From Candidatus Kaiserbacteria bacterium (GTDB lineage Bacteria > Patescibacteriota > Minisyncoccia > Phycocordibacterales > UBA2100), in the NCBI GenBank assembly GCA_016217965.1, contig JACRFI010000009.1, positions 3,144 to 67,143 on the forward strand: a DNA stretch of 64,000 nt, read 5' to 3'. Numbering within the stretch: position 1 is the stretch's first letter; each line of letters starts with the position of its first letter. Shown in pieces: positions 1-8,138 of the stretch. Under the pieces are notes generated by a model that ran no database searches, was not told the origin of the DNA, and saw only the letters and a list, made by a program, of their open reading frames with translations. Position numbers and translations under genes: made by a program.

Positions 1-2
1 AT

Positions 3-1550
3 GTTGGTGCGCCGGTTTCGATGAAGCTTGCGCGGCGCGGAGACGCCGCGCTTGCGGGCGTAATTGCGACGCAGCCGGGGCAGGTGCTCGGCGACATCAA
101 TGCGCCCGGGCAACGTCCCGTTGCTTTAGCTGGCCGCGTGCCCGTCAAGTTCTCTACAGAAAACGGCCCCGTCAAACTCGGCGACCGCATCGCCCCCTCC
201 AGTATTCCCGGCGTCGGCATGAAAGCAGGACCGTTTGATGACTCGGTCGGTATCGTTATCGGAAATATGGAAGACGGAAAGGTCATGGTCTTCCTCGATT
301 TGCAGCAGGGACTCAACATCAATGCGATTGCGCTCGGTCTTTTAAATCTTCCTGCCGCCTCCGCACATGCTTCGGCGAGCCAAGTCGATTTCGTCGGAGG
401 ATTACTTTCAGCAATCTCATCACGAATCTCAATCGCAAGTTCAACACTTTCCACTGGAAGCGCTCTAACAGCGCTCAATTCACTTACATACTTTAATCAA
501 ACAGAAGTCTCATCCGCAGAAAATACTCAGGAAGATCAAGCAAGCACCCCATTAGAGAGTCAGGGGCCTCTAACGGGGCAGGCTACGAATGCACTGTTGG
601 AATATGTCAGCGCCGTTCCATACACAGTACAAGCAATTAAAGAACTAGGAGCACAGGTCGAAGAACTTTCGACTACTTCTACTGCCACGTCAACACCATT
701 TGCCGATAATTTCTGGAATAACGTGTACTCGCGCGTAGCAGATAGGCTTGCGCTCTCCAACACAATCGTGGCAGTGAATGATCACACGGGGGCGACGACA
801 AACGCGACAGAACTCGTAACCTCTCGACCGGATTCGAATACCTCATCGCAAGCAAGCGCGGAGCAGGCGACATCAACATACATAGGGTTACCCTATGTAT
901 CTGGAACGACAACGCCATGGATAGCGTCATTCGCAGAGGCGTCTCAATCTCTCAAAGGCGCCCTTACCTCCCTTTCCGATACCGTGATTCAGGTACTTGG
1001 CAATGCTGTCTACGCAGTAACAGGAGTATTCGATCAAGTATTTACCAAAGAACTTGTCGCAGATAATGTATTTGGCGAACGCGGCACCTTTAGAGAACTC
1101 TGTGTCGGCAACGTATGCGTGTCGGAAGAGCAATTTATGAAAGTGTTTGGCGATACGGCCGAAGCGCAATCTGCTGCCGCTGCCGCAAGTGCAGTCCAAA
1201 GTCCTGAGTCAGAAGTCATCAGTGAAAATACGGCATCCTCTACCCTCCCGCATGACTTAGGACTGCAGACTAATGACTCATCCGCAACATCAACTCCAGA
1301 AATAATCCCTACCGAAAACGCATCTTCTACTCTGCCAATCGTTTCTCCATCTCTCGAACACGCTTCCTCATCGCCAGAAATTATCGATTCTACAGCAACA
1401 TCTTCACCGCCAGTTGAAACACTCTCCGCCCTGCAACAGACGGAAGAAATAATTACAGCTGAATCATCAGACCCTACCCCAGCTCCTGAACCAGAACCAA
1501 CACCTCCAACATCTTCAGCATCACAACCGGAACAAACTCCCACCCTCTAA
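3..1550 (+). CDS. Ser/Thr/Ala/Pro-rich low-complexity secreted or surface protein (5' end probably outside window; first ATG at 21)
   Basis: The frame is open from position 3 to the stop at 1550. The C-terminal half is strongly biased to S/T/A/P, with a PEPEPTPPTSS tail. No recognisable catalytic motifs. A REP-like palindrome lies inside the ORF at 878-900. Confidence 0.4.
   Translation, partial: VGAPVSMKLARRGDAALAGVIATQPGQVLGDINAPGQRPVALAGRVPVKFSTENGPVKLGDRIAPSSIPGVGMKAGPFDDSVGIVIGNMEDGKVMVFLDLQQGLNINAIALGLLNLPAASAHASASQVDFVGGLLSAISSRISIASSTLSTGSALTALNSLTYFNQTEVSSAENTQEDQASTPLESQGPLTGQATNALLEYVSAVPYTVQAIKELGAQVEELSTTSTATSTPFADNFWNNVYSRVADRLALSNTIVAVNDHTGATTNATELVTSRPDSNTSSQASAEQATSTYIGLPYVSGTTTPWIASFAEASQSLKGALTSLSDTVIQVLGNAVYAVTGVFDQVFTKELVADNVFGERGTFRELCVGNVCVSEEQFMKVFGDTAEAQSAAAAASAVQSPESEVISENTASSTLPHDLGLQTNDSSATSTPEIIPTENASSTLPIVSPSLEHASSSPEIIDSTATSSPPVETLSALQQTEEIITAESSDPTPAPEPEPTPPTSSASQPEQTPTL
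878..900. repeat. REP-like 23-bp palindrome ATACATAGGGTTACCCTATGTAT, copy 1, inside the upstream ORF
   Basis: Near-perfect palindrome, identical to the copy at 2310-2332 and the reverse-orientation version of the copy at 1591-1613. Confidence 0.8.
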
Positions 1551-1590
1551 CGACCAAAAAAGAAAAACCCTCTTTCAATCCCTATCCACA

Positions 1591-1613
1591 ATACATAGGG
1601 TAACCCTATGCAT
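1591..1613. repeat. REP-like 23-bp palindrome, copy 2, immediately 5' of rayT
   Basis: ATACATAGGGTAACCCTATGCAT. Its core CATAGGGT-A-ACCCTATG abuts the RAYT ORF start. Confidence 0.8.
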
Positions 1614-2317
1614 TGTGTGCTAGCGTTGTTGCACAGAATGTGCAAATTTCTATGGAACGCAAGATAACGTTTACCGAAGACGAGTACTATCACTTGTACA
1701 ATCGTGGCGTGGAAAAGCGATGCATATTCATGGACAAGAACGATCGCTTAAGATTCGTGCGTCTCCTCATCGCAGCCAATAGCGACCAGCGATTCGTCTT
1801 CCGCGATATCGAGCATAAGCACCTGGGTGAGATCCCGCGCGGAAACCCACTCGTGGCAATTGGTGCCTACGTTCTAATGTCGAATCATTTCCACATACTT
1901 GTGAAAGAAATACGCGATGGCGGCATTAGTGCCTTCATGGAGAAGCTGCAGACTGGCTACGCATCTTACTTTAATAGGCGGCACTCGCGAGTAGGAGCTC
2001 TTTTCCAAGGTACATTCCGTGCCCAGCATGTGGATAGTGACAGATTTCTTAAATATCTGTTCTCATACATACATCTCAATCCGATCAAGACAATCGAACC
2101 GCAATGGAAGGAGGATGGAATAAAGGACAGGCGGCGTGCTTGGAAATTCCTCAAAGAATATGCTGACTCGAGCTTTGCTGACTACTCCGGCGCCAAAAGA
2201 GATCGCAGCATCATACTCTCACCCGACGCGTTTCCAGCATATTTCTCAAGTCATTCCGACTTTACACAACACATTGATGATTGGTTTGACTACCGCAACA
2301 TCCTATACGATACATAG
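1613..2317 (+). CDS. rayT: REP-associated tyrosine transposase (RayT; COG1943, IS200-like HUH family); likely true start ATG 1652 (MERKIT...)
   Basis: Motifs YHLYNRGVEKRCIF and LMSNHFHILV (HUH), with the catalytic Tyr motif YIHLNP downstream. Length ~220 aa. Identical palindromes flank both ends, and the stop codon lies inside the 3' palindrome. Confidence 0.8.
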   Translation: MCASVVAQNVQISMERKITFTEDEYYHLYNRGVEKRCIFMDKNDRLRFVRLLIAANSDQRFVFRDIEHKHLGEIPRGNPLVAIGAYVLMSNHFHILVKEIRDGGISAFMEKLQTGYASYFNRRHSRVGALFQGTFRAQHVDSDRFLKYLFSYIHLNPIKTIEPQWKEDGIKDRRRAWKFLKEYADSSFADYSGAKRDRSIILSPDAFPAYFSSHSDFTQHIDDWFDYRNILYDT

Positions 2318-2332
2318 GGTTACCCTATGTAT
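2310..2332. repeat. REP-like 23-bp palindrome, copy 3, overlapping the rayT stop
   Basis: ATACATAGGGTTACCCTATGTAT, identical to copy 1. Confidence 0.8.
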
Positions 2333-2368
2333 TTGCCTTGGATTTCGTGCTTCAAATTTCGGATTTTT

Positions 2369-4903
2369 TTATTCGACGATTTTCCACTCACCGCTTGCAA
2401 GGAGCGCCTCTGCCCTTTTGAATTTAATTTCTTGTGTTTCCTTTCCGTTCGTTATCTTCACCTTGTCGTTGCGCCCATATTTCTTTGCGCCTACCGGGGC
2501 GGCAGATGCTGTTATTGTGGCAACATTGCGCAAGAACGAGCGGCGTGGTGCTGCGCCAGCCCCGGCTGGAGCGCCTTGGGACGAAAGAACGTTTGGAAGC
2601 GATTGGACGACATTTGCCGCGTATGTTTCTTCCATCGCCTGGAAAAGCTTGAGTCCTTCTTTCTTGTACTCGACCAAGGGGTCGCGCTGACCATATGCAC
2701 GCAGATTCACTGACGAACGCAAATATTCCATCGCCTCAAGGTGCTCGACCCAGAGAAAATCAATCGCTTGCAGAAGAAAGCGCCGCGCAATGCGGTAAAA
2801 CGCCTCCCCCATTTCTTTTTTCTTTTCCTCTATGGTACGCATCGCATCCGATTCAGGCTCGATAAGCCGTGCGACTTCCTCATCCACAACACTATCCCCT
2901 CCCGTAAGTAAGGCGCGGCGACGTTCGTAGATCGATTTGCGTTGAATATTCAATATGTCGTCATATGCAAGCACGTGTTTTCGAGCATCGAAATTCAACT
3001 CCTCGATACGCGTCTGCGCCTTTTCAAGCGACCTCGTTATCATCGAATTGTGAATCGGTTCGTCTTCGGGAATTTTAAACGTACCCATCACGCGCTTTAT
3101 TACATCGGATGCGAATATGCGCATCAAGGAATCTTCGAGAGATACGTAAAACTGCGTTGCGCCGGGATCGCCCTGGCGTCCGCTTCTTCCCCGCAACTGA
3201 TTGTCGATTCGCCTTGCTTCATGACGCTCCGTTCCCAGAACGAACAAGCCGCCAAGCGACTTCACTTCCTCATATTGTTCTGGGGTCGCTGGATTCCCAC
3301 CAAGCTTGATGTCGACGCCACGCCCGGCCATGTTTGTTGCTATCGTCACGGCGCCCTTGCGGCCCGCCTGTGCAATTATCTCTCCTTCCCTCTCATGGTT
3401 CTTTGCATTCAACAGTTCGTGAGGAATTCCTTCTTGCTTGAAATGCACCGAGAGCAATTCATTTTTCTCTACCGATACCGTTCCCACGAGAACTGGCTGA
3501 CCTTTCTCGTGCAGCTCTTTCACTCTGCGTGCGATTGCTTTCATCTTTCCGTCCTCAGTCTGTAGTATCTGATCGTCATGGTCTGCACGCGCTGGCGGCT
3601 TGTTCGTCGGAACGGCAACGGTATTGAGCCCATACACCTTATAAAACTCCTCGGACGACGTGGCAGCAGTTCCGGTCATCCCTGCCAATTTTTTATAGAG
3701 CCGGAAATAATTCTGGAATGTGATGGATGCGAACGTGCGGCTTTCCTGCTGAATAGCGACGCCCTCTTTCGCTTCTATCGCTTGGTGCAAGCCCTCGCTC
3801 CAGCGCCTACCAGGTTGCATGCGCCCAGTTAGTTCATCGACGATGACTACTTGCCCGTTCCGCACGACATATTCTTTGTCTTTCGCAAAGAGCGCCTTCG
3901 CGCGAACCGCCGTCTCCAAATGATGCACCAGTTTGATGCCCGCATCCGTATAGATATTCTCGATGCCGAGTGCTTTTTCTGCCTTCTCAATGCCGGCATC
4001 GGTAAGAGCTATCTGCCGGTGCTTCTCGTCAATCGTGTAATCTTCTTCGAGCGTAAGGCTCCTCGCGATAGTGGCGAATCTCTCGTACAAACGCTCTGCA
4101 TCCGAAACCGGCGCAGAGATGATGAGAGGCGTGCGCGCTTCGTCGATCAGGATGGAGTCTATCTCGTCGACGATGGCAAAATTGTATCCACCTCTGTCAG
4201 GAATGCGCTGTCGCAGCTTCTCCGGTTCGTGCTCCAGATTGTCGCGCAAATAATCAAAACCGAATTCATTGTTGGTGCCATACGTGATGTCGGCAGCATA
4301 TGCTTCGGTGCGTGTGCACGGGCGCAAGAATTCATGCTCGACTTTGAACGCGCCAAGCTCGTCCCGTTCCCTATCTTTTTCTGCCACATCTTTTTGCGGC
4401 ACATGCGCGGGATCGTACACATACGATGATTCGTGATTCAACACGCCGACAGAAAGCCCGAGCGCGTGATAAATCTGCCCCATCCACGCCCCATCGCGCT
4501 GCGACAGGTAGTCGTTCACAGTGACGATATGCACCCCTTTTCCTTCCAAAGCATTTAAATACGCTGGTAGCGTAGCAACAAGAGTTTTCCCCTCTCCCGT
4601 GCGCATTTCTGCGATATCGCCATTGTGGAGGATCATGCCGCCGATAAGTTGCACGTCGAAGTGGCGCTGGCCTAGGGTGCGGCGCGACGCCTCTCTCACT
4701 ACAGCGAACGCCTCGGGGGCCAGATCCTCAAGCAATTCACCCTTTACGAGTCGCGATTTGAATTCCAAAGTTTTGCTTTTCAGCGCCTCGTCCGACAGCG
4801 CTTTGACGTCAGCTTCAAGGGCATTTACACGTGCCACAATAGGCTCCGCACGCTTCAGTGCAGCAGAATTTTCATCCCCAAACAATCGCTTTAAGAAAGA
4901 CAT
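2369..4903 (-). CDS. secA: Preprotein translocase ATPase SecA (C-terminal Zn-finger absent)
   Basis: 844 aa. The N-terminus aligns to E. coli SecA (MSFLKRLFG...). Walker A MRTGEGKTLVATLPAYLNAL is present, plus the DEAD-like motor and IRA domains. The C-terminus has no CxxC...CH motif. Confidence 0.97.
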   Translation of the reverse strand: MSFLKRLFGDENSAALKRAEPIVARVNALEADVKALSDEALKSKTLEFKSRLVKGELLEDLAPEAFAVVREASRRTLGQRHFDVQLIGGMILHNGDIAEMRTGEGKTLVATLPAYLNALEGKGVHIVTVNDYLSQRDGAWMGQIYHALGLSVGVLNHESSYVYDPAHVPQKDVAEKDRERDELGAFKVEHEFLRPCTRTEAYAADITYGTNNEFGFDYLRDNLEHEPEKLRQRIPDRGGYNFAIVDEIDSILIDEARTPLIISAPVSDAERLYERFATIARSLTLEEDYTIDEKHRQIALTDAGIEKAEKALGIENIYTDAGIKLVHHLETAVRAKALFAKDKEYVVRNGQVVIVDELTGRMQPGRRWSEGLHQAIEAKEGVAIQQESRTFASITFQNYFRLYKKLAGMTGTAATSSEEFYKVYGLNTVAVPTNKPPARADHDDQILQTEDGKMKAIARRVKELHEKGQPVLVGTVSVEKNELLSVHFKQEGIPHELLNAKNHEREGEIIAQAGRKGAVTIATNMAGRGVDIKLGGNPATPEQYEEVKSLGGLFVLGTERHEARRIDNQLRGRSGRQGDPGATQFYVSLEDSLMRIFASDVIKRVMGTFKIPEDEPIHNSMITRSLEKAQTRIEELNFDARKHVLAYDDILNIQRKSIYERRRALLTGGDSVVDEEVARLIEPESDAMRTIEEKKKEMGEAFYRIARRFLLQAIDFLWVEHLEAMEYLRSSVNLRAYGQRDPLVEYKKEGLKLFQAMEETYAANVVQSLPNVLSSQGAPAGAGAAPRRSFLRNVATITASAAPVGAKKYGRNDKVKITNGKETQEIKFKRAEALLASGEWKIVE

Positions 4904-4907
4904 CTGT

Positions 4908-5038
4908 TTTTACGAAATGCTTTTCTCGGCACGTGTTTCTCGGGGTCGCTGTCTCCGCCTGCTGGCGGAGAGCTGACTCTCGGCCCGTCGGCCTGCGAGA
5001 CACCCCGAGAAACACGAGCCTTCGCGCATTTCGTAATG
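4908..5038 (-). promoter_or_regulatory. Nested stem-loop element (~130 nt) immediately upstream of the secA start; candidate structured 5' leader or cis-regulatory RNA
   Basis: Outer stem TTACGAAATGC pairs with GCATTTCGTAA. A second stem GTGTTTCTCGGGGT pairs with ACCCCGAGAAACAC. Inner hairpins are CTCCGCC-TGCTG-GCGGAG and GGCC-CGTC-GGCC. The element ends 5 nt before the secA ATG on the coding strand. Confidence 0.35.
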
Positions 5039-5040
5039 CA

Positions 5041-5081
5041 TCCTACCTCAAAACAAAAGATTCCTCCATGAGGAGGAATCT
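5041..5081 (-). terminator. Candidate intrinsic terminator on the minus strand (11-bp stem AAGATTCCTCC/GGAGGAATCTT followed by TTGTTTTG)
   Basis: Perfect 11-bp inverted repeat with a 4-nt loop, followed on the minus strand by a T-rich tract. Confidence 0.4.
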
Positions 5082-5173
5082 TTCTGCAAAACTCCGAGGC
5101 TACTGCGACTAGCGAGGAATCGAAATGAAAGCTTGCTTGCATTTCGTCCGAGCGACGGCGCAGAAAGCTCTGC

Positions 5174-5227
5174 TTATCGGCGCTTCGACTTCTTTGCCTT
5201 CTTCTTTGCTTTCTTTTTCTTGGCCAT
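5174..5227 (-). other. Polypyrimidine tract (plus strand) encoding a possible 17-aa Lys-rich micro-ORF MAKKKKAKKKAKKSKRR on the minus strand
   Basis: ATG at 5227..5225 and TAA at 5176..5174. There is no clear SD. It lies between the candidate terminator at 5041-5081 and the AT-rich region. It may be only a low-complexity tract. Confidence 0.12.
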
Positions 5228-5360
5228 ATCTTAGATTTGGTTAATGAGCGGAGCGAAATTTACCAAATCTTAGATCCGCCTAAATTTTACTCCGTAAAAT
5301 TTTGGGCGGATTAAGTGAAATATATTCGCTAGCTCATTATTTCACTAAATAAACATTCGA

Positions 5361-5400
5361 CCCGCATCAAACTTGTATACGACGGCGATGCGTTTTTTTT
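5361..5400 (+). terminator. Candidate plus-strand intrinsic terminator (CGCATC...GATGCG stem followed by T8)
   Basis: 6-bp stem with a large loop, followed by TTTTTTTT at 5393-5400. No annotated plus-strand gene upstream, so it would end a small unannotated transcript. Confidence 0.3.
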
Positions 5401-5650
5401 ATTATGTCACTCAATACCGAAGAAAAAACTTTATCGGGCATGAACTGTGGATAAGTCAGAAAAGTTTTTTCTCGGAAATTTCAATTTCAAATTTACAATT
5501 TTCAATCAAACTTCAATGAATTAATTCTCAAATGGAAATTTGAGCATATGAAAATATGTTACTCTGGAACGAGAAGGATGCGATGCGGAGGGCGGCGGCA
5601 CTCACAATGACTTTCACTTTGGAGCTCGCACCCGTCCTCCGCAACGCGTC

Positions 5651-5686
5651 TTTCCAAATAAAAACCAAACACCGCCCGAAGGGCGG
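5651..5686 (-). terminator. Candidate minus-strand intrinsic terminator downstream of the ligase-like gene
   Basis: CCGCCC-GAA-GGGCGG hairpin followed on the minus strand by TGTTTGGTTTTTATTTGG. Confidence 0.45.
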
Positions 5687-5868
5687 AGCTTGGCGACTTT
5701 CTAGAGAGACGCCATCTTTCAATGGCACTCACACCACCAATATACCATGGCGAGCGCGGGTATTGCTCTCGAGCCGTCTCTCGCAGGCGCATCTGGCGCC
5801 GAGACCGAGCGCTGGTGCAACAGCACCAGATAGCGACGGCGAAACAGCAGATACCAAGCGAGCACCTC

Positions 5869-8082
5869 TTACTGGATTTGCAAGGTTCCCGCACGTATTT
5901 CAGCAATGAGCGCATCTGCTTGCGCCGCAGATGCTGGTACGGCGAGTTTTAATTCCTGGAGCGCCTCTATCGCACGCTCCCTGTCGCCCATCTTATAGAG
6001 CGCAGCAGCATACGTGAGGCGCGGCTGCAAGTCGTTCGGATGTGTCCCAATGTACGCCGCTGCAACCTGCGCTATTTTGTCATAGCGCCCTTTCGCCGCG
6101 TATGCCGAAAGAATGCGTGGGTCCAGTGCTCCCCCTTTCTCGAGAAGGACATTCATCATCTCATTTTCAACCGCCGCATCCCCCACGTGAATCGCAACCG
6201 CAGCATAGAACACCCTCGCTTCGCCGTAGTTTGGTTCGAGTTCGTACGCGTCTTTGAAATACTGAAGTGCTTCTTCGCTCTGGTTTCGCGCAAGGGAATT
6301 CATGCCAAGTTGGAAGAAGATTGATTGCTTTGTGGGTGAAAGCTGGTGCGCCTTCTGAAGTGCTCCAGACGCATTATCGTGGCTCCCGAACGAGTCGAGA
6401 AGTATGCCAAGAAAGAATGGAAAGCGAGCGTTGAGAGGCGCTTCTTGCATCTGCTTTCCCATTTCGTCTGACGCAATCTGAAGGAATGCGAGCCTCACAT
6501 CTTGAGGCAACCCTGCATTAGCGCCGATCTGACTCGCGATCTGCGAAAGATGTTCTCTCGCCTCCTGCGTGCCATATGTGCCATAGCTGATGGCTTCTTT
6601 AAAGTATTCCAAGTTCTTCGACGGGCCTTCTTCTTGTCCCGAAAGCCCCCGAATGATCGCCTTATTCGCTGCGAGTGCGTCTGCATTCACAAACATCGCA
6701 ATGCCCCACAGAAGAACGACAGCGCCAGCAGATACAAGTGGCAGCGCATTTTCCTTTACCATACGCTGGTGCAATAACACTGACCCTTCGGACGAGCGCA
6801 CTGCGATATACCCCAAGAGAGAGACGAACAGCACGTAGCTCACGATGTTGTCGAACACGAAGAGATTATGGAAACCATACGCCGCGAAAAGCCCGGTGAG
6901 GATCGCTCGCTCATACGGTGCAAAAAAGAACGCGCCGTCCTTCCCTTTCTTCCACACGCTTATGAGTGCGGCAAAAAATATCGCCGCATATAAAATGAGG
7001 CCCACGATGCCGCCTGCAATGAGCCAGTCGAACACAATGTTGTGCACGCGGTCGAACCACGGCTCTTGTGCGTACATCTTTGGGTCATAGTACTTGTCAA
7101 AGACGACCGCATAGTTCTCCTGCCCCCATCCCAATATGGGCCGTTCTTTAAATCCTTGCCATGCCATATTGATATTGAGGTACCGAGAATTTGACTTCAC
7201 ATCCGAAAGTGAGATAGAAGCAAGGCGCTGTAAAGGCTCCACACCTTGTACGAATGCACTGTCGCGCCCCACCCAAAACACACCGATGAGCACAACAAGT
7301 GCGGCGATCAGGCTGCCCGCCCGCCACGCGACGCGCGAGCGCGGCGCAAGAATGATGAGAATGACGGCAGAAAGAAGTGCGCCTCCGATGAGCCCCAGGA
7401 TTGCGCCGCGCGTCGCAGTAAAAAAGAGAATCAGAGAATCAAGGAATATGAGGCCGCCGTACAGAAAGGCGCTCATCGGCCTTTCGTTTGGTTTTTCTAT
7501 CCACGCACGCGCAAGAAATAGCGCGGCAATAAAAATGTGGAAGAGCATGTAGACCGCGAGGTACGTTGCGTTCCCCAATGTCGCGTCGAGCCGAACGCCC
7601 CCCTGATTGATCGTGATGAATCCGGCAAGCTGGAGAAGCCCGTAAAAAGCGACGAATGCTGAGACGCCGAGCGAGACCTGCCACCACCTTTTCCATAGAC
7701 CCTCAGTCGAGAGAATGGATACAGAGGCTGTTAGATACACGAGAAGGTGTGCAAGCGTCACCCACCCTTCCATACGCTCATAGTTGCTCCAGAAACTCTT
7801 GAACGCGTTAACGCCAAACATGTCTGAAATTCCTATCGCGACAACAAACGCGGCGAACGCGAGCAATATCCACGAACGCTTCGGTCTGTACACATCTTTC
7901 ACGAACGCAAGCGCAAGCCAGGCAGTGCCGACTATCTCAACGAGAATGCGGAACGTGAAATTCTTGCCCGTGATGAAGGGAAAGAATAGAGAGCGCGAGA
8001 CTACAAGCACGATAAAAGGAAGCGCAAAAATACCAATGAGCGCTATCCATCGCAATACTTTCTCAAGCGTCATCCGCGCCAT
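5869..8082 (-). CDS. Polytopic membrane protein with O-antigen-ligase/Wzy_C-like domain and C-terminal TPR repeats (possible PglL-like O-oligosaccharyltransferase or polymerase)
   Basis: About 12 predicted TM helices. Wzy_C-like segment TATRGAILGLIGGALL, and a C-terminal ~200 aa TPR-like helical region. Confidence 0.55.
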   Translation of the reverse strand: MARMTLEKVLRWIALIGIFALPFIVLVVSRSLFFPFITGKNFTFRILVEIVGTAWLALAFVKDVYRPKRSWILLAFAAFVVAIGISDMFGVNAFKSFWSNYERMEGWVTLAHLLVYLTASVSILSTEGLWKRWWQVSLGVSAFVAFYGLLQLAGFITINQGGVRLDATLGNATYLAVYMLFHIFIAALFLARAWIEKPNERPMSAFLYGGLIFLDSLILFFTATRGAILGLIGGALLSAVILIILAPRSRVAWRAGSLIAALVVLIGVFWVGRDSAFVQGVEPLQRLASISLSDVKSNSRYLNINMAWQGFKERPILGWGQENYAVVFDKYYDPKMYAQEPWFDRVHNIVFDWLIAGGIVGLILYAAIFFAALISVWKKGKDGAFFFAPYERAILTGLFAAYGFHNLFVFDNIVSYVLFVSLLGYIAVRSSEGSVLLHQRMVKENALPLVSAGAVVLLWGIAMFVNADALAANKAIIRGLSGQEEGPSKNLEYFKEAISYGTYGTQEAREHLSQIASQIGANAGLPQDVRLAFLQIASDEMGKQMQEAPLNARFPFFLGILLDSFGSHDNASGALQKAHQLSPTKQSIFFQLGMNSLARNQSEEALQYFKDAYELEPNYGEARVFYAAVAIHVGDAAVENEMMNVLLEKGGALDPRILSAYAAKGRYDKIAQVAAAYIGTHPNDLQPRLTYAAALYKMGDRERAIEALQELKLAVPASAAQADALIAEIRAGTLQIQ

Positions 8083-8138
8083 AGTACCACACCGCCTTCC
8101 GCATAGAGAGCGATGAGAAAAAATGCTACATTCTTAAA
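8083..8138. promoter_or_regulatory. Divergent promoter region between the ligase-like gene and the C-methyltransferase operon
   Basis: 56-bp AT-richer spacer between divergent start codons (contains TAAAAT). Confidence 0.25.

Noticed and set aside
2136-2713. ORFs 2136-2690 and 2327-2713 (+) spanning the rayT 3' end and the secA 3' end.
   Set aside because: They overlap two confident genes, read through the REP palindrome (HRVTLC translation of the repeat) and show no family motifs, so they are spurious.
2942-4976. Several 60-207 aa ORFs on the plus strand antisense to secA (2942-3565, 3851-4429, 4521-4976, and others).
   Set aside because: They lie entirely inside the well-supported secA coding region on the opposite strand and have no recognisable motifs, so they are GC-rich antisense artefacts.
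5095-5140. tRNA-like T-loop motif (TTCGATTCC) on the minus strand.
   Set aside because: The flanking bases do not form a T-stem or an acceptor stem with a 3' CCA context. No cloverleaf could be built.
4891-5142. 83-aa minus-strand ORF covering the structured secA leader.
   Set aside because: The sequence is dominated by long inverted repeats, reads as an RNA or regulatory element, and has no protein motifs.
4904-5868. Possibility of SRP RNA, tmRNA, RNase P RNA or 6S RNA in the long intergenic region.
   Set aside because: I looked for the conserved cores (GGAAGCAGC for SRP, the tmRNA 3' tRNA-like end, RNase P P4 AGGAAAGTCCGGGC) and found none. An unknown sRNA remains possible (see findings).
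6040-7700. Multiple 60-140 aa ORFs on the plus strand within the ligase-like gene, and similar antisense ORFs inside most large genes.
   Set aside because: These are antisense to confidently assigned membrane-protein or enzyme genes and lack motifs. They are typical of high-GC six-frame noise.
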